DNA of 64,000 nt, taken from an uncultured bacterium. GTDB taxonomy: Bacteria > Myxococcota_A > Polyangia > Polyangiales > Houyiibacteriaceae. This document shows positions 27,244-35,830 of the stretch, piece after piece. The number at the start of each line of letters is the position of its first letter. The stretch's first letter is position 1. The stretch lies in NCBI GenBank assembly GCA_938024995.1, contig CALJDU010000034.1:18046-82045 (forward strand), given 5' to 3'. A program made the translations under genes and the position numbers. The notes below the pieces were generated by a model, which saw only the letters and a program-made list of their open reading frames with translations, was not told the origin of the DNA and did no database searches.

Positions 27244-28779
27244 GTGCGCTGGTGTTGGATATGCCTGGTTTTTGCCTGCGGGACGGCTGAGGCCCCCGTC
27301 GAGGCACCCGCTGAGGAGACGCGTCCTGCGAATGTGCTCGTCGAGCAAGCCGACCCGTCGTCCGAACCAAGCGCGGTGACGGAGGTCGCTCCGGCAATCG
27401 TCGCCGCGGGAGCTCCCGAAGAAGAAGAAGCTGCCGAGGCCGGTCCTGACGGCGATGCAACGCTCGATGCAACGCTCGATGCAAGGCGCGACGCAATGGT
27501 TGAGACGCACCCGCTCGCTGCAGAGCTGACGCCGGTTCGCGTTTCACTCTCCGCCGGGAACGTGATCGCCGATGGGTTGGCGATCCGCGACGGCGAGTTC
27601 GCGCGACCCACTTGCACGTCGCCTTCTGAGCCGATCCCCGGGACTGTCTTTTTTCGTTCGTCGACCGAGGTCTGCACGACCGAGGGCGACCCCGTGGAAG
27701 TGGAACATGTCGTCGCGACAGCTGAGCGTGCCCTCCTGGTCGCGAAGGGGCGCTGGGTCACGTTGGTGACCCCTCGCGGAACGAAGCGCATTCGCACGCG
27801 ACCCCTTTGCGCACCGGACTGCGAGCGCGCCGCGGTGAGCGATGACGGGCGCTCGATCTTGATCGAGCGAGGTCGCCGCCTGGAGCTGATCGACGGGCGA
27901 CGGGGTCGACGCACGACGTTGACGAAAGCGCGCCCGGGCGTCGCGCCGCTGACCTCGTTTCAGTATCGACGCGGGACGTTCTTCGCGCGCCGGCTTGGGC
28001 TCTACGAAGTGATGACGGGTCGTAAGTTGAGCCGAACGACTCGCCAAGCGCGGCCTCGTGACGCGGACGGGATCGCGTTCTCGCCACACGGGAACTGGTT
28101 GGCGTTTGCCGCCCGAGACGATTCCAGTCGACTGGTCCGGGTACGCAACGGCGCGGACGTCCACGTCACTGAAGACCCAGTGGACCGTTTCCTGTTCTCG
28201 GAGGATGAGTCGCGCTTCGTGATGCTTCATGGAGATCGCTATCGCGCGCTCACGTTGGGCCGAGCGCGACGGCTCAGTCCGGACAGCGCAGGCTCGGTAC
28301 CGCGCCCGACCGAGCTCTTGCCCGATGGCTCCGCGTTCCTGTCGTGCGTCTCCGGTCACGTCGCGCTCACGGACGTCACGACCAGCGCGCGTACCGAGAC
28401 ATCGATCGCGTGTCAGGGGCTACCTTCGGTTTCGCGGGATGGTCGCTGGGCGCTCGTTGGGAACGTTCTCAGCGCGCTCCCTTCTGGGCCCGTCTTGCGC
28501 TTCTTCGCGGGACCGCTCCCGACCAGTGAGCCTCCGACCGAAGAGGCGGAAGCTACGGACGAATCAACGGCCGATGGGTCCGGCGACGAAGAGCGCGATG
28601 ACGAGTCGACCGAAGGCGCGGATGAAGCCGCGGAGCCCGCGCTCGTGCCGCACCTTGTTGTGGTCGACTCTCGCGATCGCGTCGCGCTGTTTCCAGAACG
28701 TTCCAGCGTTCCCGGCAGAGACGGCGCAGAGGTCACCGTGACATCGATCCGTTCGCTCTTGGGCGGCGCGGTCGACTGA
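27244..28779 (+). CDS. Lipoprotein with TolB/WD40-like beta-propeller strings and acidic C-terminal tail
   Basis: The GTG start gives MRWCWICLVFACG (lipobox). Blade-like strings are IAFSPHGNWLAFAARDDS, LFSEDESRFVMLHGD and SVSRDGRWALVGN. The tail is Glu/Asp-rich: EEAEATDESTADGSGDEERDDES. Confidence 0.6.
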   Translation: MRWCWICLVFACGTAEAPVEAPAEETRPANVLVEQADPSSEPSAVTEVAPAIVAAGAPEEEEAAEAGPDGDATLDATLDARRDAMVETHPLAAELTPVRVSLSAGNVIADGLAIRDGEFARPTCTSPSEPIPGTVFFRSSTEVCTTEGDPVEVEHVVATAERALLVAKGRWVTLVTPRGTKRIRTRPLCAPDCERAAVSDDGRSILIERGRRLELIDGRRGRRTTLTKARPGVAPLTSFQYRRGTFFARRLGLYEVMTGRKLSRTTRQARPRDADGIAFSPHGNWLAFAARDDSSRLVRVRNGADVHVTEDPVDRFLFSEDESRFVMLHGDRYRALTLGRARRLSPDSAGSVPRPTELLPDGSAFLSCVSGHVALTDVTTSARTETSIACQGLPSVSRDGRWALVGNVLSALPSGPVLRFFAGPLPTSEPPTEEAEATDESTADGSGDEERDDESTEGADEAAEPALVPHLVVVDSRDRVALFPERSSVPGRDGAEVTVTSIRSLLGGAVD

Positions 28780-28836
28780 CTGACTCACGCATCACCGGGC
28801 TTTACCGAATGTCCCTCACGGTTCTATACCCGGCGT

Positions 28837-29511
28837 ATGGAAGACATCGTCGTTCACCATCTCGACCGTTCGCGCTCTCATCGGGCGCTCTTCTTGCTGG
28901 AGGAGCTGGAGCTCCCGTACACGATCAAGGAGTACGCGCGAGACAAGGAAACGAGCCGCGCGCCGGCCGCTCTGCGCGACGTTCATCCTCTCGGAAAGTC
29001 CCCCGTCGTCACCTATGTCAGCGACGGAGAGACGATCACGTTGGCGGAGTCCGGCGCGATCTTTGAGACGCTCGCGGAGAACGCCGGAGCGCTCCTGCCT
29101 GAGCGCGGGACGGAGGCGTTTCGGCGGTGTCGCTACTTCTTGCACTACGCGGAGGGGTCGCTGATGCCGCCGCTGCTCGTCCGGCTGATCTTCGACAAGC
29201 TGCGCAACGCGCCGCTCCCCTTTTTCATCAAGCCGATCGTGAAGACCATCGTCGGGAAGGTCGACGACGCGTTCACCGATCCCGAGGTGGCGCTTCAGTT
29301 CTCGTTCTTGGAACAGGAGCTCTCGGATCGAGAGTACCTCGCCGGCGAATTCAGCGTCTGTGATGTCCAGATGAGCTACCCGGTGGTCGCGGGGCTCGCG
29401 CGCATCGGCGCGGGCGGGAAGTACCCCGCGGTCGCCCGCTACGCGGATCGTTTGAAGGCGCGTCCCGGCTATCAGCGCGCGATCGAAAAGGGCGGCGAGG
29501 TTCTGCTCTAG
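28837..29511 (+). CDS. Glutathione S-transferase
   Basis: The N-terminal thioredoxin-like string is HHLDRSRSHRALFLLEELELPY..HPLGKSPVV, with ESGAIFETLAE. The C-terminal helical domain is present. Length is 224 aa. Confidence 0.85.
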   Translation: MEDIVVHHLDRSRSHRALFLLEELELPYTIKEYARDKETSRAPAALRDVHPLGKSPVVTYVSDGETITLAESGAIFETLAENAGALLPERGTEAFRRCRYFLHYAEGSLMPPLLVRLIFDKLRNAPLPFFIKPIVKTIVGKVDDAFTDPEVALQFSFLEQELSDREYLAGEFSVCDVQMSYPVVAGLARIGAGGKYPAVARYADRLKARPGYQRAIEKGGEVLL

Positions 29512-29519
29512 CCAGCTCG

Positions 29520-30056
29520 CTAGAACGCGACACCGATCGCGGTGTGCGCGGCGGGCGCGAAACCCGACGGTCCTTTGCCGATGAGCGAGTAGGCCAAGTA
29601 CTGGATCCCCAGGCCGCCGCCGAGCACGAGCCGGCGGTGCACGAAGGTGTAGCCCACGAGCGCGGACCCGTATCCGCCGGGGCCGGCGCGTTCGCCGTCG
29701 CGAAGCGCCGCGAGGACGCCGCGAACCAAGATCCACGCGCCCTCCGGGGCATCGCCATAGAAGAACACGCGGACGCCCACCTCGAGCCCAAACCCGCGCA
29801 CCTCGTCGTCTTCCTCCGCGCCGAGGATCGGGCTGGTGAAGAGCCGCATGTTGGGGCCCGCGTACACCGAGACGCGTGGGTGGAGCGCGCGTTCCACTTG
29901 AACATGGACGAAGCCGAGCGCGACGGTCAGCGGGTCGACGACCACGTTCCACTGGTAAGGCTCGTCGGCGCGGGCGGTCGAAGTCGCGATGAGCAGGAAC
30001 ACCAGCGCGAACGCTGGTCGCACACGAGGCAAGATTGCCAAACCAGAAGAGCGCAT
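29520..30056 (-). CDS. Small outer-membrane beta-barrel protein (putative)
   Basis: The signal peptide is AFALVFLLIATSTARA/DEP. Alternating hydrophobic strands are visible, and the protein ends with the terminal aromatic ..AIGVAF. Length is 178 aa. Confidence 0.6.
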   Translation of the reverse strand: MRSSGLAILPRVRPAFALVFLLIATSTARADEPYQWNVVVDPLTVALGFVHVQVERALHPRVSVYAGPNMRLFTSPILGAEEDDEVRGFGLEVGVRVFFYGDAPEGAWILVRGVLAALRDGERAGPGGYGSALVGYTFVHRRLVLGGGLGIQYLAYSLIGKGPSGFAPAAHTAIGVAF

Positions 30057-30062
30057 GTGGGG

Positions 30063-30554
30063 CTAGCGCGCGGTGGGCGGAAGACTTGCGCGGGCGGAGA
30101 GCACGTCCTCACACGCGGCGACCGCTTCGTCCATGCTCGTCGTGACGATGTGCGGGTAGACGGGCGGCGCCATCCACAAGACCGCTGTCAGCAGTCCGCG
30201 CTGCAATGAGTTTCGCGTCACGACCGCGGACAGGGCGCAGTGGGCGCGGTCCGTGTTCTCGATCGACTTGAGATGTTCGGCGAAGCGCTTGCGCATCACC
30301 GCGTCGACCCTGCTCGGGATGAGCGCGGAGAGATCTGAAATGACCGCGAAGTGGGTGTCGACCTCGTCCGCGAAGGATCGCGCGGCGTGGATGAAGTCGT
30401 CGAGCTCGTCGAGCGTGAAGTGCGGCGGCGTCGTCTGCACGTAGAGACGCGGCGCGATCCACCGGACCCAAGGATGCGTGTGCTGCCGGAACGGCGCGAG
30501 CACGACGTTCCGCACCGCGGGGAGGGACTGTGAGGACTGAGACGAGGCGGGCAC
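30063..30554 (-). CDS. Hypothetical protein
   Basis: This is a 163-aa ORF starting 2 nt after the upstream acyl-CoA dehydrogenase stop. Its composition is ordinary and I recognise no motif. Confidence 0.5.
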   Translation of the reverse strand: MPASSQSSQSLPAVRNVVLAPFRQHTHPWVRWIAPRLYVQTTPPHFTLDELDDFIHAARSFADEVDTHFAVISDLSALIPSRVDAVMRKRFAEHLKSIENTDRAHCALSAVVTRNSLQRGLLTAVLWMAPPVYPHIVTTSMDEAVAACEDVLSARASLPPTAR

Positions 30555-30556
30555 GC

Positions 30557-31666
30557 TCAGGTAAGGATAGCGCGACTGATGACGATTCGCTGCACCTCAC
30601 TGGTGCCTTCGTAGATCATTGTCACGCGCACATCTCGCATGCACCGCGCAGCAATCGAATCAGGCCGCTCTGCGCGTTCCCCTTGAAGCTCCACACAGCT
30701 CTGGCAAACCGCCCACGCGGTCTCCGTCGCGAAGACTTTGGCCATGGATGCAGGGAGCGAAAAGCTCTCGCCACGGTCCTTTAACTCGGCGGCTCGCAAG
30801 GTCAGAAGCGAGGCCGCGTCGAGCTTCATCCGCGCGTCCGCGAGGCGCCACTGCGCGTCTTGTGAGCTGCGCAACGCAGGGCTGGCTTGAACGAAGGTGA
30901 GGGTGTCCGCGAGCGCCGCTTCTGCGATCCCGATCGCTTGTGACGCGATCCCGATGCGGCCGCCGTCGAGCGCCATCATCGCGATCCGGAACCCGCCGCC
31001 GAGCGAACCCAAGAGCGCGCTCTCGTGGACGCGGACGTTCTCGAACACGAGCGCGGCGGTGTGACTCGCGCGGAGACCAAGCTTGTCTTCATGCTTCGCG
31101 ACGCTCACGCCGTCCGCGTCGCCGTCGACCAAGAAGCAGCTGATGCCTTTGCTGCCGGCGCCGCCCGTTCGCGCCCACACGACCAAGACCCGCGCGGCAT
31201 CGCCGTGACTGATCCATTGCTTGTCGCCGGTGATGAGGTAGTGGTCGCCTTCTTTCGTCGCCGTGGTCCGCATCCCGCCCGGATCCGAACCCGCGCCCAC
31301 CTCGCTGAGCGCGAACGCGCCGAGGCCGCCGCGCGCCAACGCGGAGCAATAGGTCTCGCGTTGCGCGTCGGTGCCGAAGGCGTGGATGACTTCGCCGACC
31401 ATGTTCGTTACGGCCATCGTGACCGCGGTAGATGCGCACGCCTTCGCGACCTCGGTCATCGCGAGGCTGTAGCTGACGACGTTGCCGCCGGGGCCGCCCA
31501 GCGCTTCCTCGAGCTTGACGCTCATCAACCCTTGGTCGGCGAGGGCGCGATAGACCGACATCGGGACGAGCTCGTCACGTTCATGTGCCGCTGCGTCGAG
31601 GGTCTCCGCGATGTCGCGGGCGCGGGACTGGAAGGAGCGGTGACTGGCCGACGGCGAGAACATCAT
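30557..31666 (-). CDS. Acyl-CoA dehydrogenase
   Basis: ACAD strings present are FALSEVGAGSDPGGMRTTA, KQWISHG, GGRIGIASQAIGIAEAAL and EIYEGTSEVQRIVISR-like MIYEGTSEVQRIVISRAIL. Confidence 0.9.
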   Translation of the reverse strand: MMFSPSASHRSFQSRARDIAETLDAAAHERDELVPMSVYRALADQGLMSVKLEEALGGPGGNVVSYSLAMTEVAKACASTAVTMAVTNMVGEVIHAFGTDAQRETYCSALARGGLGAFALSEVGAGSDPGGMRTTATKEGDHYLITGDKQWISHGDAARVLVVWARTGGAGSKGISCFLVDGDADGVSVAKHEDKLGLRASHTAALVFENVRVHESALLGSLGGGFRIAMMALDGGRIGIASQAIGIAEAALADTLTFVQASPALRSSQDAQWRLADARMKLDAASLLTLRAAELKDRGESFSLPASMAKVFATETAWAVCQSCVELQGERAERPDSIAARCMRDVRVTMIYEGTSEVQRIVISRAILT

Positions 31667-31675
31667 CGGGGAACC

Positions 31676-32446
31676 TCAGAGCGTGAAGGAGACCTTGGCA
31701 GGGTAGCTCCCGGGGTCGGGCATGTTCCAGGACTTGACGGCGTCGGCGACGCAGTCGAGCACCTGCGACGAGAGCTCGGGATCATCACAGGAGACCCCCG
31801 CGGCCATCACGTCGCCGCCGCGCTTGACGTACGCCGTGACGTTGAACTGGGCGCGGCTCCCGCGAGGACGACAGCTGCTGACGACCGCTTGGCCGTTCTC
31901 CTCGAGGACGTCGGTGATGTCGCTGGAGGACCAGGATACCGGCGGGCGGACGTCTTCGGGAGTGTCGAGGTCGAGCGGGTACGCGAACTCGGCTTCGCCG
32001 CCGCGAGGACGGGAGAAGCGCGCGCGGCCGGCGACGTCGAGGAGGCAACGCTCGGTCGCGCGGTCACCGATCGTCGAGGTGCTCGGGTAGACCCAGCGCA
32101 CGGTGCCGTCGATGTGAATGCGGAAGGACATCTCGATGTGGCCGCCAAGGACGCGGACGGCGTCATAGCGATCGGTGAAGCAGCGAAGGAATCGGTCCAT
32201 CCGCGGCTCCATGGCCTGGTTGACGCGGTCGGCGCTGATGGTCCCCATGAGGCCCTCGATCTGAACCTGGCGCTCCGGCTCGCTCTCGATCGCCTCGCGG
32301 TGACGATCGACGTGGGTCTGCGCGACGGGTTCCACCGGATTCGGCGTGCTGCTCCCGCAGCCCACCACGAGCGCGCAGCTCGCGGCGACGATGATGCTGA
32401 AGGGAAGGGCGCCCCATCGCCGCAAGAGGTTCGTTCGCTTGTTCAT
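31676..32446 (-). CDS. Lipoprotein with two TonB-C / AgmX-PglI-like domains (tentative)
   Basis: The N-terminus is PFSIIVAASCALVVGCGSS (lipobox). Two repeats of a pattern with conserved Cys follow: RFLRCF..GHIEMSFRIHIDGTV..CLLDV..FSRP, and VSSCRP..AQFNVTAYV..VLDCVADAVKSWNMP. Confidence 0.65.
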   Translation of the reverse strand: MNKRTNLLRRWGALPFSIIVAASCALVVGCGSSTPNPVEPVAQTHVDRHREAIESEPERQVQIEGLMGTISADRVNQAMEPRMDRFLRCFTDRYDAVRVLGGHIEMSFRIHIDGTVRWVYPSTSTIGDRATERCLLDVAGRARFSRPRGGEAEFAYPLDLDTPEDVRPPVSWSSSDITDVLEENGQAVVSSCRPRGSRAQFNVTAYVKRGGDVMAAGVSCDDPELSSQVLDCVADAVKSWNMPDPGSYPAKVSFTL

Positions 32447-32502
32447 CAGTCTTCTTTCGCGCGTTGCGTGGGCGTTGCGTAGGCGTTGCGTAGGGGAGCG
32501 GC

Positions 32503-33660
32503 TCAGCCGCGGAGCACGTTGGCGGCGATCACGACGCGCATGATCTCGCTCGTGCCTTCGTAAATCTCGGTGATGCGAGCGTCGCGGTAGTGACGCTCCA
32601 TGTCGTACTCCGTGGAGTAGCCGTAGCCGCCAAAGACCTGGAGCGCCTGATGGGTCACGCGGGTCGCCATCTCGGAGGCGTAGAGCTTCGCGACCGCCGA
32701 CTCCTGGCTGTGCCGGAGCTTGGGGTTTTTGACGGCTTCGTCCTTGAGCGCCGCCGCGCGCCAGATGAGCAAGCGCGCGGCGTCAATCTGCGTCGCCATG
32801 TCTGCGAGCTTGAAGGCGATGGCCTGCTTCTTCGCGATCGGCTCACCGAACGCTTTGCGCTCTTTGCTGTAGGCGACCGCTTTTTCAAACGCGGCCTGGG
32901 CGATGCCGAGCGCCTGCGCGGCGATCCCGATGCGGCCACCGTCGAGCGTCGACATCGCGATCTTGAAGCCCATGCCTTCGGCGTTGAGCATCTTGGACTC
33001 GTGGACGCGGCAGTTCTCGAAGAACATCGTGCAGGAGTGCGCGGCGTGAATGCCGAGCTTGTGATCGCGGGGCTGCGGGTTGAAGCCCTCCGTGCCCTTG
33101 TCGACGATGAACGCGGTGGTGCCGCGGTTCCCGAGCTCACGGTTCGTGTTGCAGAAGACGAGGATGACGTCGGCGTGGGGGCCGTTGGTGATCCAGTTCT
33201 TGGAGCCATTGATGACCCAGTGGTCGCCGTCTTTGACCGCGGTCGTTTGCATGTCCGAAGCGTCGCTTCCGGAGCTCGGCTCGGTCAGCCCAAAGCACCC
33301 CAGCTTCTCTCCCGAGGCCAGCGGGGCGAGGTACTCTTTCTTCTGTTCGTCGTTCGCGAACTTGAGCAGCGGGTCGCAGACCAGCGAGTTGTTGACCGAC
33401 ATGATGACGCCGGTCGAGGCGCAAGCCCGCGAGACCTCTTCGATCGCGACCGCGTAGGACACGTTATCGAGACCGGCGCCGCCAAGCTCCTCCGGAACCG
33501 CGACTCCGAGGAACCCGAGCTCCGCCATTCGCGAGACGAGCTCCTTCGGCCAGCGCGCGTCCTGGTCGAGCTCCTTGGCCTTGGGGAGGACCTCACGTTC
33601 AGCAAAGTCACGGGCCAGCTTTTGGACCATCTGCTGGTCTTCGGTGAGCGAGATGTTCAT
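32503..33660 (-). CDS. Acyl-CoA dehydrogenase (short/medium-chain type)
   Basis: It has GCFGLTEPSSGSDASDMQTTA, KNWITNG, GGRIGIAAQALGIAQAA and the catalytic-Glu region ITEIYEGTSEIMRVVIA. Confidence 0.92.
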   Translation of the reverse strand: MNISLTEDQQMVQKLARDFAEREVLPKAKELDQDARWPKELVSRMAELGFLGVAVPEELGGAGLDNVSYAVAIEEVSRACASTGVIMSVNNSLVCDPLLKFANDEQKKEYLAPLASGEKLGCFGLTEPSSGSDASDMQTTAVKDGDHWVINGSKNWITNGPHADVILVFCNTNRELGNRGTTAFIVDKGTEGFNPQPRDHKLGIHAAHSCTMFFENCRVHESKMLNAEGMGFKIAMSTLDGGRIGIAAQALGIAQAAFEKAVAYSKERKAFGEPIAKKQAIAFKLADMATQIDAARLLIWRAAALKDEAVKNPKLRHSQESAVAKLYASEMATRVTHQALQVFGGYGYSTEYDMERHYRDARITEIYEGTSEIMRVVIAANVLRG

Positions 33661-33776
33661 CGCGGCGCAAGATGGCCTGTTCCCCCCGTTGGGTCAACGC
33701 CGGAGCGCTTGGCCGCGGTGAATCGCGCGTGGAATGAGCGCCTCTAAAGGCGTCGCCCAAACATCGACGACGACCT

Positions 33777-35033
33777 ATGCTCCAAGAGATGATCAATCCG
33801 ATCGCGGTCGCGATCCCGGGCTTCTTTTTGTTGCTCGCGGTCGAGTGGTGGGTCGCCCGCCGGAGACAGGTGAAGGTCTTCCGGTTCGCCGACGCGATCA
33901 CCAACCTCATGTGTGGGCTCACGTCACAGGCGGCAGGGGTGTTTACGGCCGTCCTCGGCGCGACCGCGTACCTCTACGTCTTTGAGCACGCCGCGCTCTT
34001 CGAGCTAACCGCGGAGCCGTGGCTCTGGGTCGTCACCTTCATTGTCGTCGACGTCATCTACTACGCCTGGCACCGCTTCACGCACGAGGTGGCGATCGGC
34101 TGGATCACGCACGTCGTTCACCACCAGAGCGAGGACTACAATCTCGCCGTCGCGCTGCGTCAGTCGTTCACGAGCTCGCTCTCGACGATCCCGTTCTTTC
34201 TCCCGCTCGCGCTCTTCGGTGTCCCGCCCGCGGTCGCCGCGCTCTGTATCGCGCTGAACACGCTCTACCAATTCTGGATTCACACGGAGCTGATCGGGCG
34301 CCTCGGTCCCCTGGAGTGGGTCCTCAACACGCCGAGCCATCACCGCGTGCATCACGGCATCAACCCGCAGTACCTCGATAAGAACTACGCGGGTGTCTTC
34401 ATCGTTTGGGACCGCCTCTTTGGAACGTTCGCTCGTGAAGAAGAGCAGGTCGTCTACGGAACGGTGGCGCCGCTGCGGTCGTGGAACCCGGTATGGGCAA
34501 ACGTCTGGTACGCGGTCTTGCTCGGGAAGAAGTTGTTCGGTCCGCGCGGCGCGCAGGTCGCGTTTCGTTCGCCCGCGTTTGATCCGGTCCGGGGTGAGCA
34601 CGTGACGCCGCTCCCCGTCAGTCGAGAGACGCGCGACAAGTTTCAGACGCCGGTTTCGGCTCCGCTGATCGCCTATCAGGCAGTGCACTTCCTCCTGGTG
34701 ACGACGACCCTCATCGCGCTCCTCACGCAAACGCTCTCGCTCGAGATCCGCATCGCGAGCGCGTCGTTCATCTTCGCCGCGGGCTTCGCGTTTGGTGGTT
34801 TGATTGAGCGCAAGCGGTGGGCGCTTCCTCTCGAACTGGTTCGGGTGGGCGCGATGGTGCCGCTCGGCCTCGCGCTCGTCGGGGTCTGTGCCCCGCGCGC
34901 GTCCGCGGTCGCGCCGTATGCGCTCGGCGTCGTCGCCATGGCGAGCGTCCTTGTACTGAGCAGCAGCACGACCAAGTCATCGAGTTCGAGTCGAGCGCCA
35001 CAGGCTGAGCCCGCGAGCGCGTCGGCGCGCTGA
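33777..35033 (+). CDS. Fatty acid hydroxylase superfamily enzyme, alkylglycerol monooxygenase (TMEM195/AGMO)-like, with extra C-terminal 4-TM region
   Basis: The His boxes and flanks are YYAWHRFTHEVAIGWITHVVHHQSEDYNLAVALRQ, FWIHTE, SHHRVHHG and LDKNYAGVFIVWDRLFGTF. The last roughly 140 aa are additional hydrophobic segments plus a Ser-rich tail. Confidence 0.85.
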   Translation: MLQEMINPIAVAIPGFFLLLAVEWWVARRRQVKVFRFADAITNLMCGLTSQAAGVFTAVLGATAYLYVFEHAALFELTAEPWLWVVTFIVVDVIYYAWHRFTHEVAIGWITHVVHHQSEDYNLAVALRQSFTSSLSTIPFFLPLALFGVPPAVAALCIALNTLYQFWIHTELIGRLGPLEWVLNTPSHHRVHHGINPQYLDKNYAGVFIVWDRLFGTFAREEEQVVYGTVAPLRSWNPVWANVWYAVLLGKKLFGPRGAQVAFRSPAFDPVRGEHVTPLPVSRETRDKFQTPVSAPLIAYQAVHFLLVTTTLIALLTQTLSLEIRIASASFIFAAGFAFGGLIERKRWALPLELVRVGAMVPLGLALVGVCAPRASAVAPYALGVVAMASVLVLSSSTTKSSSSSRAPQAEPASASAR

Positions 35034-35034
35034 C

Positions 35035-35697
35035 TCAGTCTGGGTCTTCGATCTTCCAGACGCTGTCTTCGCGAACGAAGCGCACTGAGAAGCGGTCCCC
35101 GTAGGCCATCGTCGCGCGGTCCCCGACCTCTTCGATGGGGTTGTCGAGGAAGCTGGTCAGGTTCGCGATAAGGCGGTCCACCTCTTCACGTCCTTCGCCT
35201 TCCCACGCCGCGCGCATCTGGTCCTCGCTCATCCCGTCGAGATCCGCGCGGGGAACGAAGCGCATCACCACATCGTAGCGTCGGCGCTGCATCGCGCGGA
35301 TAAACGAGCGGAGCGCGACCCGGGGCGACGACTGGCTGTAGAACTCGACGACGTTGCCGTGGATCCGCCAGCGGCCGTTCTCCTGAACGAGCGAGACGCG
35401 GTCGGTCTCGGTGTACTGAACCTCGGCGGTGACCTCGGCGGGACCTTCTCGGTTCGCGAGCAGCCCAGCGAGCTCTCGCGCCTCGTCGGGGTGCTCTTGC
35501 AGATGACGACGGAACTCCTCGAAGGAGACGCGGCTCCGGTACTGCACCGAGAGACGGTTGTAGGCTTCCTCATGACGCGCCTCGCGAAGGGCGTTCGCGA
35601 AACCATCCATCATGGCGTCTGGGGAACGCTCGCTCGCGCGTCCGCCGCACCCCACGCAGAGCAGGGCGATCGGCACCAAGAGCAAGAGGCTGCGCAT
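35035..35697 (-). CDS. Hypothetical lipoprotein
   Basis: I moved the start to the ATG at 35697, giving MRSLLLLVPIALLCVGCGG (lipobox). No domain is recognised. Its stop is 1 nt from the convergent hydroxylase stop. Confidence 0.6.
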   Translation of the reverse strand: MRSLLLLVPIALLCVGCGGRASERSPDAMMDGFANALREARHEEAYNRLSVQYRSRVSFEEFRRHLQEHPDEARELAGLLANREGPAEVTAEVQYTETDRVSLVQENGRWRIHGNVVEFYSQSSPRVALRSFIRAMQRRRYDVVMRFVPRADLDGMSEDQMRAAWEGEGREEVDRLIANLTSFLDNPIEEVGDRATMAYGDRFSVRFVREDSVWKIEDPD

Positions 35698-35830
35698 GCT
35701 GTTCGGTACCACACGATGTCGCCCGAAAAAACGCTGACGTGTGGATGGCTCCCACAAGGGCAAGGAAGAAGCGGGGCCGCGCGGCACGGAGAAGGAATGG
35801 TGGATCACAGATGATCCTTCGCCCTGAGGT

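Noticed and set aside
27111-27914. 268-aa N-terminal extension of the helicase ORF
   Set aside because: It is Ser/Ala/Arg low complexity and overlaps the divergent lipoprotein gene. The GTG at 27110, with an upstream GAGAGG, gives a typical helicase of about 800 aa.
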